Assembly (NCBI RefSeq): GCF_004010195.1
Contig: NC_057738.1
Location: 14,268,076 to 14,332,075 of the forward strand
Direction: 5' to 3'
DNA from: Chiloscyllium plagiosum
Taxonomy: Eukaryota
Length of the DNA stretch: 64,000 nucleotides
In this document: piece after piece, positions 13,135-25,111 of the stretch
Position numbering within the stretch: position 1 is the stretch's first letter
Layout: the number at the start of each line of letters is the position of its first letter
Made by a program: the position numbers and the translations under genes
The notes under the pieces: generated by a model
What the model was told of the DNA's origin: nothing
The model's input: the letters and a program-made list of their open reading frames with translations, nothing else
Databases searched by the model: none

Positions 13135-13470
13135 TTCTTTATTCATTCACAGGATGAGCATTTCCGATAAGACCAATTAGGAATTACTCATGTTTAGGTG
13201 AGCTTAAGAAGATGCTGGGGACTCAGTATCTTGAATCTCTGCAGTCCATTTGTGAAGGTATACTCATAGTAGCTTTAAGGAAGCTTTCCAAGATTTTGAC
13301 CAAGTAACACTGAAAGAATTCTATCGCTCCATGTCAGGATGGATATAGTGTGACTGAGCAACTTTCAGCTGATGGTGCATCTCCTTCTCCTTGCAATTGT
13401 TTTCCTTGTCTTTCTGGGCAGTAGCAGTCACAGGTTTGGATGGCGCTGTCAGAGGAGGAACCTTTTAAAT
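13135..13470 (-). mobile_element. Old LINE 3' end
   Basis: Same family as 7250-7545 (attcattcacaggatgag...ttccaagattttgacc). Confidence 0.55.
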
Positions 13471-13519
13471 TAACAGCACCATTGTTACAACAAGTAGAAA
13501 TACACTGCAGTTACCATTG

Positions 13520-13850
13520 TTCTGACGGCACCCTCCAAAATCACAACTTCAAACACCTTGGACAACACATACATGGGATCATCACTATCTGCAGACTTCC
13601 ATCCACAGTTCCTTCATTAATGTTGGGTCAGTGCCTCGGAACTCCATTCTTTGAACCCGCGTCTACAGGCGCTGTGAGGCAGCAGTGCTAACCACTGGGC
13701 CACCGTGCCGCCCAGTCCTAAGAGTCCTTAACATCCTAAGGAGTGTAGTGGTTCAAGTAACAAACCCACCATCACATTCTCTAGAGTTATTAGATGAGGA
13801 CAATAAATACTGATCTATCCAGCAATGCCCACATCTGATGAACAATTAGT
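13520..13850 (+). mobile_element. Old LINE 3' end containing a 5' HE1 SINE fragment (13651-13713, minus strand)
   Basis: ...gatgaggacaataaatactg...caatgcccacatc tail. The inserted piece is gctgtgaggcagcagtgctaaccactgggccaccgtgccgccc. Confidence 0.55.
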
Positions 13851-14869
13851 AGAAGTTATTTTACTTTTTGTGACTTGGTCTGGTAAGGTTTATGTTAATT
13901 TGTTCAAAGCTGTGGAATCGTGTGACTTTATTTGTTAGTAAAGAATTCACCTACCTTAAACACAAGGTGACTGGACTCTAAACAAATCAGAACCAAGCTT
14001 GGCAATCAAGTTTGAGATTATAACAAAATTTTAAAGTATGTAAGCTGTTAGTATTTCATTTCACTCAATATTTCATACTAAAGAGTTAAATAATTAACCT
14101 GTATTCAGCTGTGTACCATTTCAGAATGGTGTGGTAATTCAACTATCTGCCTCATGTACTAATGATTCACCATCCAATGGTTTACTTATGTTACAAATTG
14201 AATAGTGTAGCCATTCAATGTTATTTTCTGTAATTTAACAACAGCACAACTAAGCACTGCAAATATTGGCCATTTTTCAACATTCATAAATCATTAGTTA
14301 ACAATTGATGCATTTTGCAAGTCAGTTACAACTGGAAGCCATTTTTCAACTAGATCAGACATTGGTCCCATTATATTCAATATTGGATAAGCTAATCGGT
14401 TTATTCAGGTATGTCAATAAATAAGCAGGAGGCAACATATGGAGATCAATAAGAATGAAACCTTTTTACTGTTTACTTTTACAAGAGTCAGTGAGTCTTT
14501 AGTCAGGATAACGCAAGAAATGAGGGGAAACGCGATTCTTTTTAACTATTTCAACTGACTATATCCTTTGAAATTTCTCAGTTTCAAGAGAATGGACCAA
14601 ATTTGAAAAAAACTTGGTTCCACGTGGACTTAACCATTCCATTATCAGTGGATTGGCTTACATCAATATTCACTGTCACTTCAATATTGATGGAGGAATA
14701 TGGGGAGTTCTGACAATGGGGAATAAAACTGATAAGACTGAAGAAATAAAGGTTGTGGTTGATTTTTAATGACAGGGCCTTATTTAATTAACACTTTGCT
14801 GACCCTGTTGCAATTGTTACTTGAATAGCTGGCCCTGTAATGTTGCAATACTCTTTAGCTTTGTAAGCC

Positions 14870-15432
14870 GACATTTCCCATCTCTCAAACACTCCCTGTC
14901 TATTTCATTTAAAGTCCTCCCTCCAGCCCTAGTTGTTCAATTCACCAGGACAGATCTCAGCATGGCTCAAGTGAAACCCATCCCACTGGAACAACTGCCT
15001 TTGATCCCCGTACTGTGCCAGCGTTTCACGAACTGGAACCTATTCCTCACACAGCAGTCTTTGATCTACACATCTAACACTTTGACTTAATTTCCTCAAT
15101 GTCAGTGGCTCAAATCCTGAGTTCTTACCTTGGAGTAAAACATAGAACTGTAGATGCTGTAAATCTGAAAAAGAACACATAAATTGCTAGAGAAACTCAG
15201 CAGGTCTGGTAGCATGTGTGGAGAGAAAGCAGAGTTAATTTCGAGTCCAGTGACCTTTTTTTTCAGAACTGGACTCAAAATGTTAACTCTTTCTATCTAC
15301 AAATGCTGCCAGACCTGCTGAATTTCTCCAGCAATTTCTGTTTCTGATACTTTGGAGGTTTTGTTTTGTAATTTAGCTCCTAACTGTTCAATCTCTTTCA
15401 GAAGGATCTCCTTTTTAGTCCTATCATTGTCA
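14870..15432 (-). mobile_element. CR1 ORF1 (SGNH esterase-like) remnant, interrupted by a fold-back PLE insert
   Basis: Minus strand reads NDRTKKEILLKEIEQLGAKLQNKTSK and LFQWDGFHLSH (cf. DGLHLN of CR1 ORF1 esterase). Confidence 0.65.
15136..15347. mobile_element. Fold-back PLE family D mini-element
   Basis: Arm aaattgctagagaaactcagcaggtctggtagcat is inverted relative to atgctgccagacctgctgaatttctccagcaattt. Pivot near 15266 in decayed hammerhead sequence. Imperfect TSD taccttggag/tactttggag. Confidence 0.75.
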
Positions 15433-15584
15433 ATGAATGGAGATCCACTGCAGTTCTCTTCAATGCAGCACTGGCAGGTGATCCAGCAAAACTTCCCCCT
15501 GAGGAGTCAATACAGTTGTCTTAATGTTTTTTCAGGCAGCACATGAGACACCCACCAATCATGACTCCAGTATTTTAACAATGA

Positions 15585-15900
15585 GAACAACTTGTCCTTA
15601 TAATAGTTAGATGTAATAAATCATTCCAAGGAACAATAAAGTAGTCAAACAAAATTGGAAACCACATAAGATGATATTATGGCTGGTGTATAACCAAGCA
15701 CTGACTGAAAGAGATGGGTTTTAAGTAGCAATTTAAACAAGGAGAAAAGAGACAAGTTTTAGGGGGGGAATTCCATTGCTTAGGACATAGACAGCTAAAA
15801 GCATAGCCGACAATGTTGGGATGAAAGGAACTGAGGATGCAAAAAGAGACCAAAATTGAAGGAACACTGAGTTCCAACAGCTTGTAGTTTTCGAGGAAAT
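15585..15900 (-). mobile_element. L2-like LINE 3' end
   Basis: Minus strand reads GYAFSCLCPKQWNSPP...YLKP, resembling the AFSxxxPxLWNSLP...LKTxLF end of L2 ORF2. Confidence 0.6.
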
Positions 15901-17084
15901 TACAGAGAAATTGTGGGATGAGGTCATGGAGGGGTTCAAGCACAAATTCTAAACAGTCAAACTGCAGTTCGTCCAAACTATTAGCTTCAATGCACTGCAA
16001 GGAAGATAATTGCACAATGTATCTCTCTGTAGAAATAAGTTCATCCTTGAACAGACTTCAAAATAAACGAGCTTTTAAACAGACAACCTTTTTTTTCACA
16101 TTTGCAGTGCTACTGAGGCCCCAGAGAGCATCTGACTTTACATTCTGCTTGGTGAGATTTGCTATTTTAGGTCAGTACTGGTGTGGCAGGCATTTAGCAG
16201 ATGGTGCTGTCAGAGAATGTATGCACTGCCTTCCAAGCCCAAAATAAACATCTGCTGTAGCTGCAGCCAGTGACATGAGAAAAGAGCAGACACCATACGA
16301 AAACCAGTACTCGTCCTTTGTGCCTTCAGCAAGTGCACACTCGAGCCACATTTTAATTAAGTGCAGCACATTTTTTTGCCCTGATTCTGCTTTAGGGACG
16401 TGCTGAGTGGATACTGAGTGTCCTGACTGATGAGGGATGTTTCACTTAAAGTGGTAATAAGATGATAATGAGCAGACGTATCATCTATGACCTGAGACCA
16501 AACTGGTTGTTAAATTGCAAACTGTAGTCTGGGATTTGGGATTTGAGTTTTGAATGTGATACCTAAGTCTTCTGTTTAGTGGGACTTGCAGCTAAGTTGG
16601 TTGCATTTTAGAAACATGCAGTCTTGCCTGTGGATGTACACATTACCCTGAGACCTTAACATTAATGAACATTCATTGTTAAAACATTTCGCTTTTTAGT
16701 GGAACCCTATGAGTTTGATCCTGAGCAGTGTGCTGAACTGTGAAGCCGGATTTTGTGGGTATGGTCAGAGTTCATCCTAGTCCAGCTTTTAAAAGTTGCC
16801 ACAATGGCATAAGTATTTTCCCCTTCTGCCAGTTTCCCTAATTTCCTTTAGTTCAAACTGATGTGTCGCCGACAGTAAAAACCAAGGGCCGAGAATACAA
16901 CTTGGAAACTTGATCTACAACTTAGAATTTTCTAGATTGAGCCTTAAAAGCCCATCAGATGCAGTCATCATGTAAATATAAATAGGAATAGGCAATGGAA
17001 AAAAAACAGCAAATCATTTCCATACTGTTTAAAAAAAAGGTTGATGGACCTTTGATTAAAGTATGATGTTTACACAGGGTATCA

Positions 17085-17540
17085 AGTCCAGCTCTTGACC
17101 ACCATGTGACTGAACAAACCAATTCCCAGTCCCTAGATCTTTGGGCACATTGGGTAGAATGTCCCACAATGCAACAGGATTTGCTTCCTTTTCTTTCTTC
17201 CTCCTCTGCTGCTACTGTCCTTTATCATTACGGTGTCATGCCTCAAACATGTTGCGGCTTGAGAGACAAAATGTCTCCATTTTGAAAATCTAGGAGCTGG
17301 CTTCTTCCAGTCAATAACATCAATGTTATCACATTTCAAGCTGAACATCACAGTGTCTTTGAAGCATTTTTTTTCTCTCAAACCCCAGAAAGTTGAACAC
17401 CTGACAGGTAAGAAACGAGGACCTGGTATCATCTGGACGTAGTATCCAGTCCATTGAAAGTGATTTTTGCTTAGCTGCTGTGGAGTTGGTCTCGTGAAGG
17501 AAGCTAGCATTTTATGCAACTGTTTTCCCATCAAATCCAG
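17085..17540 (-). mobile_element. RTE-clade LINE C-terminal remnant
   Basis: FQWTGYYVQM (cf. LRWAGHVVRM), KKCFKDTVMFSLKCDNIDVIDW...SKWRHFV, and a terminal Cys/His remnant MCPK...GIGLFSHM. Confidence 0.7.
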
Positions 17541-17654
17541 AGTTCATGACAGAGAATTTGCTGCTAAAATGTCTTTAGTACTCGTCTAATACATAGTTTA
17601 GGTCTTTTTTTTTTCTATTTCTGCCTCCTCCAGCAGGATGCCACTACCAAACAC

Positions 17655-18070
17655 CAAAACCCTCCCCTCCCTTGTCAGCATTCTGCAGGGACTGTTCTCT
17701 TCCTGGTCCACGTTTCCGTCACTCCTAACACTTCCTCACTCCCTCATGGCATCTTTCCATACATTCTTGGAAAATGTAACACTTGTTCTATAACGTCCTC
17801 ACTCTTCCTTGTCCAAGGCCCCAAGCACACCAGCAGAATTTTACTTGTACATCTTTCAATCTAGTCTACTGCATTTGCTGCTCACAATGGCATTATTTTC
17901 CACATTGGCAAGACAAAATGCAGGCCAGGTAACTGCTTTGTGGAATACCCCCACTCTGTCTATAGCAAAGACACTGGCTTTCCAGTTTTTTGCCATTTCA
18001 GTGAAGCATCTCGCTCTCTTGCTAACATTTGCGTCCTCCAATGAAGCACAGTGCAACCTCAAGGAACAAA
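17655..18070 (+). mobile_element. Old PLE GIY-YIG endonuclease remnant
   Basis: FTCTSFNLVYCICCSQ...IGKTK. Collinear with 49990-50480. Confidence 0.7.
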
Positions 18071-18072
18071 GG

Positions 18073-18410
18073 ACGGCAAGGTGGTTCAGTGCCTCATAGC
18101 ACCAGGGACCGAGATTCAATTCCAGCTCTTGGGCAACTGTCAGTGTGAAGTTTGCACATTCACCCTGTGTCTGCGTGGGTTTCCTCTGAGTGTTCCAGTT
18201 TTCTCCCACAGTCCAAATATGTGTCAGTTAGGTGGATTGGCCATGGTAAGTCCCCCCAGTATGTCCATGGATGTAAGAGTTGGGTGAATTTGCCATGGGA
18301 AATGCAGGGTTATAGGGATGGTGTGAGAGTCTGGGTGGGACTGTCCTCAGAGGATCAGTTCAGACTCGATGGGCCAAATAGCCTCTTTCCACACTGTAGG
18401 GATTCTATGA
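18073..18410 (+). mobile_element. HE1-type SINE
   Basis: tRNA-like head, body gtgaagtttgcacattcaccctgtgtctgcgtgggtttcc, tail ttccacactgtagggattctatg. Confidence 0.85.
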
Positions 18411-18689
18411 TCTTTAACGTACATCAGGCTAATTTCTTCAGGACTTCCTAGAAACCTCACTTTAGGACTTTCTGTTCAAAATCCATCTATCTTCCATTCT
18501 CTACATAGCCCCAGGTCAATATTTGTATCATAAAGTACAATAACAAGGAAGAAATGCCAAAGTTTCATAAATCACAGGTAAGAGCACATTTAGCTCAATT
18601 CCAGACACCATGCTTTAGAAATAATGTCAATAACTTGAAGATGGCACAAAGGAATTTTCTAGATCAGCAGCAGAGATGAGTGGTTTAAA

Positions 18690-19505
18690 TTGTGGAATGA
18701 CTACAGAAGCTGCAATTATCCTCTTTGAAACAGAGAAGAATAAGTGGAGATTTAGTGAGCTAATGAAAAACTGTTGGAGGTTTCAATGGATGGGATAGAG
18801 GGAACCATTGTTTCACCACAGAAGGACAATGATTTGAATAATTGGCAAAAAAGTTAAAGAATTTGAGAAGGTTTTCAAGAATTCTTTCTCTGATTGGGTG
18901 CTGGAAACAAACTTGCCAGATGGATTGGATAATTATCGAAAAGAAATTAATTGTATAGCTGTGGGGATCAAGAGTGGGACTAATGGATAGCTCTTTCAGG
19001 GACCAGTCATGATGCAATGGGCCCAATGGCCTTCTCCTATGCTGGAGGTTTCCACTCGTACCAGGATGTTGTTTGGTCTGCAGGGTTTGGACAAACTCAG
19101 ATTGGTTTCCTTGCAAAGATGGAGGCTGAGGGGCAATCTGATAGACGTCTACAAAATTATCAGAGGCATAGATAGGGTGGTTTGTCAGTGGCTAGGGTGG
19201 AAAGGTCAACTACAAGAGGGCAAAGGTTCAAGGTGAGGGTGATAGTTTTAGGGAGAAGTTCAGGAAAGATTTTTCATGAAGAGGGTGGTTGGTGTCTCTA
19301 ACACACTGCAAATGGAGGCAGTGGAAACAGGCATGTTGGCAATTTTTAAGGCATATCTTGATGGACACATGAACGAGAGGTGAACAGAGGGATAGAAACC
19401 ACGCATTGGCAATAAGTAGCGGATCTAAATATGAATTAGAATCGGCACAGGCTAATGGACCAAAAGGCCTATTCCTGTGCTCTATTGAAATGTATTGTAT
19501 TGTAT
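18690..19505 (+). mobile_element. Two adjacent CR1-group LINE 3' fragments
   Basis: ORF remnant LDKLRLVSLQRWRLRGNLIDVYKIIRGIDRV. 3' ends gggcccaatggccttctcct (~19035) and gaccaaaaggcctattcctgtgct (~19480). Confidence 0.75.
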
Positions 19506-20169
19506 GAACAAGAGAAGCTTATCTTCTCCCACCCTCTATCTGATATCAAAAAGTCACTCTGAAGTAAACTGTGCTGTAACTGCTCATTTGAAGAGATTTT
19601 CTATCTCTGCTGTTAATCATGCAGAACAGGAAGCCATTCGGTCCACCATATATAGACCTGATCTGTGAAAAATCTATCCATTTCCACCCATTCCCCTGCT
19701 CTTCACTCATAGGAATGTGAGCTTTTACCTTTCAGTAAATGTCAAGTCCTGCTCAAAAGTTATTCTTATCTGCTTCCACAACCCTTTCAGCCAATGAATT
19801 CAGGACCGTACAAATTCACTGGGTGGAAAAGGAATTCTCGTCCCAGCCGGTCGTTTTAGTCAACAATTTTAAGTCGGTGTTCCTTGATTACCAACTCAAA
19901 TGCCAGTGAGAATGGGTTCTACCTGTCTCGACAGATGTCCAGAAAAAGGAGCTGTGCTTTGAGGAGAGGTAGAGAAATATTCCCTGGATTTCAGAAATTG
20001 TTTTATATATAGCATTTATAGGAAGTTTGGCAAGGTAAATGTTGGGATGACCTTTTCTGCCGGCTGGGAAGTCATGGTGTCAAACTAAGAGGTTGTTCAA
20101 TTCAAATAGAAGTGTGTAGGAACTGAAAGGGCTGTGGATCCTTGAAGACACCTCCTGATACTCAGGCAG

Positions 20170-20450
20170 AGGTGGGTACTGCAGATGCTGGAGATTAAAG
20201 TGGTGCTGGAAAAGCACAGCAGGTCAGGCAGCATCTGAGGAGCAGGAACTCGATGTTTCGAGCAAAAGCCCTTCATCACAAATGAGCTCATTCCTGATGA
20301 AGGGTTTTTGCCTGAAGAAGGGCTCATGCCTGAAACGTCGATTCTCCTGCTCCTTGGATGCTGCCTGACCTGCTGCGCTTTTCCAGCAACACATTTTCAG
20401 TTTTTGCCTGAAACATTGATTTTCCTACTCCTCAGATGTGCCTGACTTAC
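20170..20450. mobile_element. Fold-back PLE family A element with a younger family A fragment nested at 20311-20400
   Basis: Left arm minus, right arm plus, pivot aatgagctcatt (20281-20292). The nested piece is flanked by gtttttgcctgaa at 20304-20316 and 20400-20412. Confidence 0.8.
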
Positions 20451-21438
20451 TAATAGTCAGGTCATTCAAGCCAGAGATTGACAGCTTTTGGATGCTAAGG
20501 GCCGCAAATCAAAGGTTATGGGGAGAGTGTAGAAATGAGATGTTATCAAACACTGGAGCAAGCCTGAGTGACCTAAAGGTCTACTTCTCAATTTCTAACA
20601 TTTAGCAATCTATTAAAATCAGAGAGAAATTAACAATTTTCACATTTGTCATGGCTTCATAAGAACATTTGAGAAGATTTCAGTTGAGGGTGTATCTAAT
20701 AACACAGTAGTCAGAATAATGTGGAGCATGGTGAGAGATGTGGCAGAGTATTGGAAGAAGTCCAGCCTGGTCTATCTTGGCATTGGGATAACTTAGAGCA
20801 ACTTTTAATTAAGTCATGGTGAGATTCGTGCTGGACAGCAATAAGTTGCCTATTAACGGGGATTAGTGCTGGTTAACAACCTTATTAACTGCATATCTCA
20901 CCTCATTAATGTACGGCTTTCAATCATACCATTCACTGAAAGCAAGCTAGACACTGAGAGTTGTCCACACAGAGGTCAGTGTGGGTTCCTGATGACTTCA
21001 GCTCACTATTTTCTCCAAAGGACCTCCTTGTGGGGCAACAGGCACAAACATCCAAGGGTGTACTCCATGGGCACCAGCTACATGTGTCCCACATCCACAG
21101 ATACTGGTATCTGACATGTGCCAACATCTAATTACAGTCACCACACATCTCCAATCCACTTCCAGGATGTTTCTGCACATCAATGCTACACCTCCGAGAT
21201 CAAAGGCAGCTATCATTGTGATGCTGCTGCAAGGATACTGAGTGCTCTGGGGGACACACAACAGTCTCATAGATTGGATCAGGCTGCTTCGTCACCTGCT
21301 TGCTTGCTCTCTTAGCTCTCATTCAGTTTGAGCCTACCTAGATAATCACAATTCGGAGATGCCGGTGTTGGACTGGGGTGTACAAAGTTAAAAATCACAC
21401 AACACCAGGTTATAGTCCAACAGGTTTAATTGGAAGCA

Positions 21439-21473
21439 CACTAGCTTTCGGAGCGAGGCTCCTTCATCAGGTG
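21439..21473 (-). ncRNA. Minimal hammerhead ribozyme motif (family B)
   Basis: Reverse strand cac CTGATGA A GGAGC ctc GCTCC GAA AGCT A gtg: intact core, 5-bp stem II, palindromic stem III, cac/gtg stem I. Confidence 0.8.
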
Positions 21474-21500
21474 ATTGTGGAGGGCTCGATCGTAACACAG

Positions 21501-21968
21501 NNNNNNNNNNNNNNNNNNNNNNNNNNNNNNNNNNNNNNNNNNNNNNNNNNNNNNNNNNNNNNNNNNNNNNNNNNNNNNNNNNNNNNNNNNNNNNNNNNNN
21601 NNNNNNNNNNNNNNNNNNNNNNNNNNNNNNNNNNNNNNNNNNNNNNNNNNNNNNNNNNNNNNNNNNNNNNNNNNNNNNNNNNNNNNNNNNNNNNNNNNNN
21701 NNNNNNNNNNNNNNNNNNNNNNNNNNNNNNNNNNNNNNNNNNNNNNNNNNNNNNNNNNNNNNNNNNNNNNNNNNNNNNNNNNNNNNNNNNNNNNNNNNNN
21801 NNNNNNNNNNNNNNNNNNNNNNNNNNNNNNNNNNNNNNNNNNNNNNNNNNNNNNNNNNNNNNNNNNNNNNNNNNNNNNNNNNNNNNNNNNNNNNNNNNNN
21901 NNNNNNNNNNNNNNNNNNNNNNNNNNNNNNNNNNNNNNNNNNNNNNNNNNNNNNNNNNNNNNNNNNNN
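21501..21968. other. Assembly gap (468 N)
   Basis: Run of n. Confidence 1.
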
Positions 21969-22179
21969 CTGAAGTGTTCCCCAACTGGGAGGGAACCCTC
22001 CTGTCTGTTGATTGTTGTGCGGTGCCCATTCATCCGTTGTCGTAGCCTTTGCTCGGTTTCCCCAATGTACCATGCCTCAGGGCATCCCTGCCTGCAACGT
22101 ATAAGATAGACAATGTTGGCTGAGTCACATGAGTACCTGCCATGTACATGGTGGGAGGTGTTCCCACGCGTAATGGTGG

Positions 22180-22519
22180 TATCTATGTCCACAATCTGAC
22201 ACGTTTTGCAGTGACCACCGTGACAGGGTTGTATGGAGTTGTTCTGAGAGCCGGACAAACTTTGCTCACTGTGAGGCAGCAGTGCTAACCACTGTGCCAC
22301 CATGCCGCCCTTGAACTGAGAAGCTTGCTGGACAATTTCAGAAGGCAGTTATCTATGTCCACAATCTGACACGTTTTGCAGCGACCACCGTGACAGGGTT
22401 GTATGGAGTTGTCCTGAGAGCCGGACAAACTTTGCTCACTGTGAGGCAGCAGTGCTAACCACTGTGCCACCATGCCGCCCTTGAACTGAGAAGCTTGCTG
22501 GACAATTTCAGAAGGCAGT
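22180..22519. repeat. 170-bp tandem duplication
   Basis: 22180-22349 versus 22350-22519, about 2 substitutions. The unit is PLE 5' end + HE1 head + flank. Confidence 0.95.
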
Positions 22520-22650
22520 AAAGAGACAATCACATTGCTGTGTGTCTGGAATGACATCCAGATCAGGTAACAGCAGTAGACCTTCCTTCTCCATCTGACA
22601 TGAGTGAATCAGATGGGTTTTTAATGACAATCGGAAATAACTGATGTTTC

Positions 22651-22952
22651 AGATTAGATTAGCTTCCCTTCCGTGTGGAAACAGGTCCTTCGGCCCAACC
22701 AGTCCATACTGACCCTCCAAAGCGTAACCCACCCAGACCCAATTCCCTCTGACTAATGCACCTAACACCAAGGGCAATTTAGCACGGCCAATTCACCTGA
22801 CCTGCACATCTTTGGATTGTGGGAGGAAACCGGAGCAAACCCACGCAGACACGGGGAGAATGTGCAAACTCCACACAGACAGTCTCTCAAGGCTGGAATC
22901 AAACCTGGGACCCTCGTGATATGAGGCAGCAGTGCTAACCACTGAGCCACCA
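22651..22952 (-). mobile_element. HE1-type SINE
   Basis: Complete reverse-strand copy ggtggctcagtggttagcactgctgcc...acctgtttccacac...taatctaatct. Confidence 0.9.
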
Positions 22953-24256
22953 ATTCCAAATATATTGTTTGAATTTAAATTCACAAACTGTTATAATGGG
23001 GTTTGAACTTAATGGCTCGGTTTATAGATTACTAGTACAGTGACATTACTGTCATCCCACCACCTTCGCTTTGTAATTGCCTTCCTTTAGATTTATGGTT
23101 GAGTTTGGTGGACCCTTTGAGGAATTGGTGAAGAGAATTTGGATTTTCTATATCCTTCAAGAGAGTGTCAAACACTTGAACCCAGGCCTGACTGTAAGGA
23201 CAAGTGGAAGCCTTGCAGAAACCCAAGCTTTGCCAACTTTTCCTAACAGTTTCCATTCGCCTATGTTTCAGAATTGCAATGGCCAACCTGTGGTAACCTT
23301 GCTGACTTTCAGGGCCTCATCACCCATCTGTCAATTCAAGAGTCCAGCAAGCAAATTAATTGTCTGAGAGGCCATAAACTAGGCAGTGAAAACTTGTTCT
23401 GTCACCTGAAAGTTGAATATATAGTTTAAACATTATTTCTGTGGCTTACTGGACCTGTTAGCGAGCTTATGCCAGAAATAGCCTGCCTTATCATCTAGGA
23501 CCTAGTCCCAAGCACTTTCTCATGAAATTTATTCTGAACTGCCTAGTTATATTGGCCATATGCCAACCCATTTTGCACAATCACATCTAATTGTGAAGTT
23601 GGGTAATCATTATTTTCCTGGTGCCAGCTACAGTCAAGGTTTAAGTATGAGTTGACAGATTGTCCTTAAAGGGACCAACCAACAAGGTAAGTTCTCAAAA
23701 TACCCGCCCCTGAGCGTGGATCCAGCAGAAATTTCCACTGAGCTCATATTTAAAGAATTTTGATCATTGTCACTTTGGCTGTTGATTCCTCCCCGACAGT
23801 TAGCCCAACCTAGTCAGCGATCTTCCTCCATCCACCCTCAGACTACTGCGCTCTGAAAGTGCTGGAAAAGCTCTGTTGCAGTGATCCCACCAACTATCTT
23901 TTCTTCTACACAGACCTCCGAAACTGGAAGTCAACATTTCAAATAGTGACAGCATACCAATCATTGTGTGTTCGCACCTAGAGTGGCTAAAACAGTCACA
24001 CAGCACTTTCGGCAGCATCTAGAGCAGGAAACGGCTTTAAATCCAATATCAAACCTTCAAAACTGAACAGGATTAGAAAATGGTAGTCCACATGCCATTG
24101 TCAAAGGGTGGGGAGGAGCAAGTGGAACAGATGGTGAAAGCAACCAGGGTAAAAGACAAATGGAGTGCTAGGGGCAATTCAGGAGCGATATTTTCTGTAG
24201 AATGGGCCTTAATAGTAGCTATGAATAATAGAAAATAGGTTATCTCTGCTCTCCAA

Positions 24257-24316
24257 GGAGAAAGTGAGGACTGCAGATGCTGGAGATCAGAGCTGAAAAT
24301 GTGTTGCTGGAAAAGC
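24257..24316 (-). mobile_element. PLE family A terminal 60 bp at the left inversion breakpoint
   Basis: ggagaaagtgaggactgcagatgctggagatcagagctgaaaatgtgttgctggaaaagc, the reverse complement of 16-75. Confidence 0.85.
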
Positions 24317-24616
24317 CTTACAGCACCAGGGGGTTCCTGCGTTCAATACTAGCCTTGAGCGACTTTCTGTTTGGAGTTTGCACATTCTCCCTGTATCTGC
24401 GTGGGTTTCTATCAGGTGTTCCAGTTTCCTCCCACAGTCCAAAAACGTGCAGGTTAGGCCATGCAAAATTGCCTCATAATGGTGTGCAGGCTACATGGAT
24501 TAGCCAGGGTAAATGCAGGATTATGGGGTGGGGTTGTCTAGATGGGATGCTCTTCAGAGGATCACTGCAGACTCAATAGGCCGCATGGCCTCTATCTACA
24601 CTAGGGATTCTATGAT
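24315..24616 (+). mobile_element. HE1-type SINE lacking its 5' head; inverted duplicate of 25112-25361
   Basis: About 250 bp near-identical to the reverse complement of 25112-25361, including private mutations. Retains the 3' tail. Confidence 0.9.
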
Positions 24617-24958
24617 TTGGATGATGGCTCTGAATCCAGGAGTCCTCATTTTGGTATGTGGGGATTGCAGAATATCGTCCTTATGCCAGAATGATAAGAC
24701 ACACAGTGTGTCCTGAATATGGGCCAAGTTTTCATGTAGTGGACAAGATGCAAAAAAGACGGGCTGTTCATCAATGCCTGCTTGAAAATGAAGCTGCTGC
24801 AATGCTAATAGTACCCTCAGCCATGAGAATTGTAGAGACCGGATTGGAAGAACGTTGACTTGTTGGTGTATTGGTAGCCAACTGGATTGGTTAGATTCTA
24901 TAGATTTGAATATGGGTGTGGATATGTGGTTTATGGGATTGGAGAGCAGAGATAGGAC

Positions 24959-25110
24959 CTGAAAATGTGTTGCTGGAAAAGCGCAGCAGGTCAGGCAGCA
25001 TCCAAGGAACAGGAGAATCGATGTTTCGGGCATAAGCCCTTCTTCAGGAATGCTTCAGGCTTATGCCCGAAACATCGATTCTCCTGCTCCTTGGATGCTG
25101 CCTTGGATCC
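24959..25110. mobile_element. Fold-back PLE family A mini-element at the right inversion breakpoint
   Basis: ...gagaatcgatgtttcgggcataagcccttcttcaggaat | gcttca | ggcttatgcccgaaacatcgattctc...; pivot at the hammerhead. Confidence 0.85.
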
Positions 25111-25111
25111 A

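Larger units (their letters stand above)
21348..22255 (-). mobile_element. Young PLE family B (Neptune-like), 5'-truncated, spanning the assembly gap
   Basis: Uninterrupted frame QPCHGGHCKTC...YSCDSANIVYLIRCRQGCPEAWYIGETEQRLRQRMNGHR (Cys linker plus GIY-YIG). 3' terminus with hammerhead at 21348-21500. Continuity across the Ns is inferred. Confidence 0.85.

Noticed and set aside
13135-13850. Tail-out pair of old LINE ends as another fold-back element
   Set aside because: The arms are highly diverged, with no TSD or ribozyme. Two independent insertions or an ordinary 5' inversion explain it.
20790-21330. Possible Harbinger-associated remnant
   Set aside because: Only a vague compositional resemblance, with no diagnostic motif or TIR.
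21378-22303. Four long (210-278 aa) ORFs
   Set aside because: Their length comes from translating through 468 Ns. Only 21970-22255 on the minus strand is real coding (PLE GIY-YIG).
22180-22519. CRISPR-like or satellite array
   Set aside because: Only two 170-bp units made of TE pieces, with no repeat-spacer structure, in a eukaryotic context.
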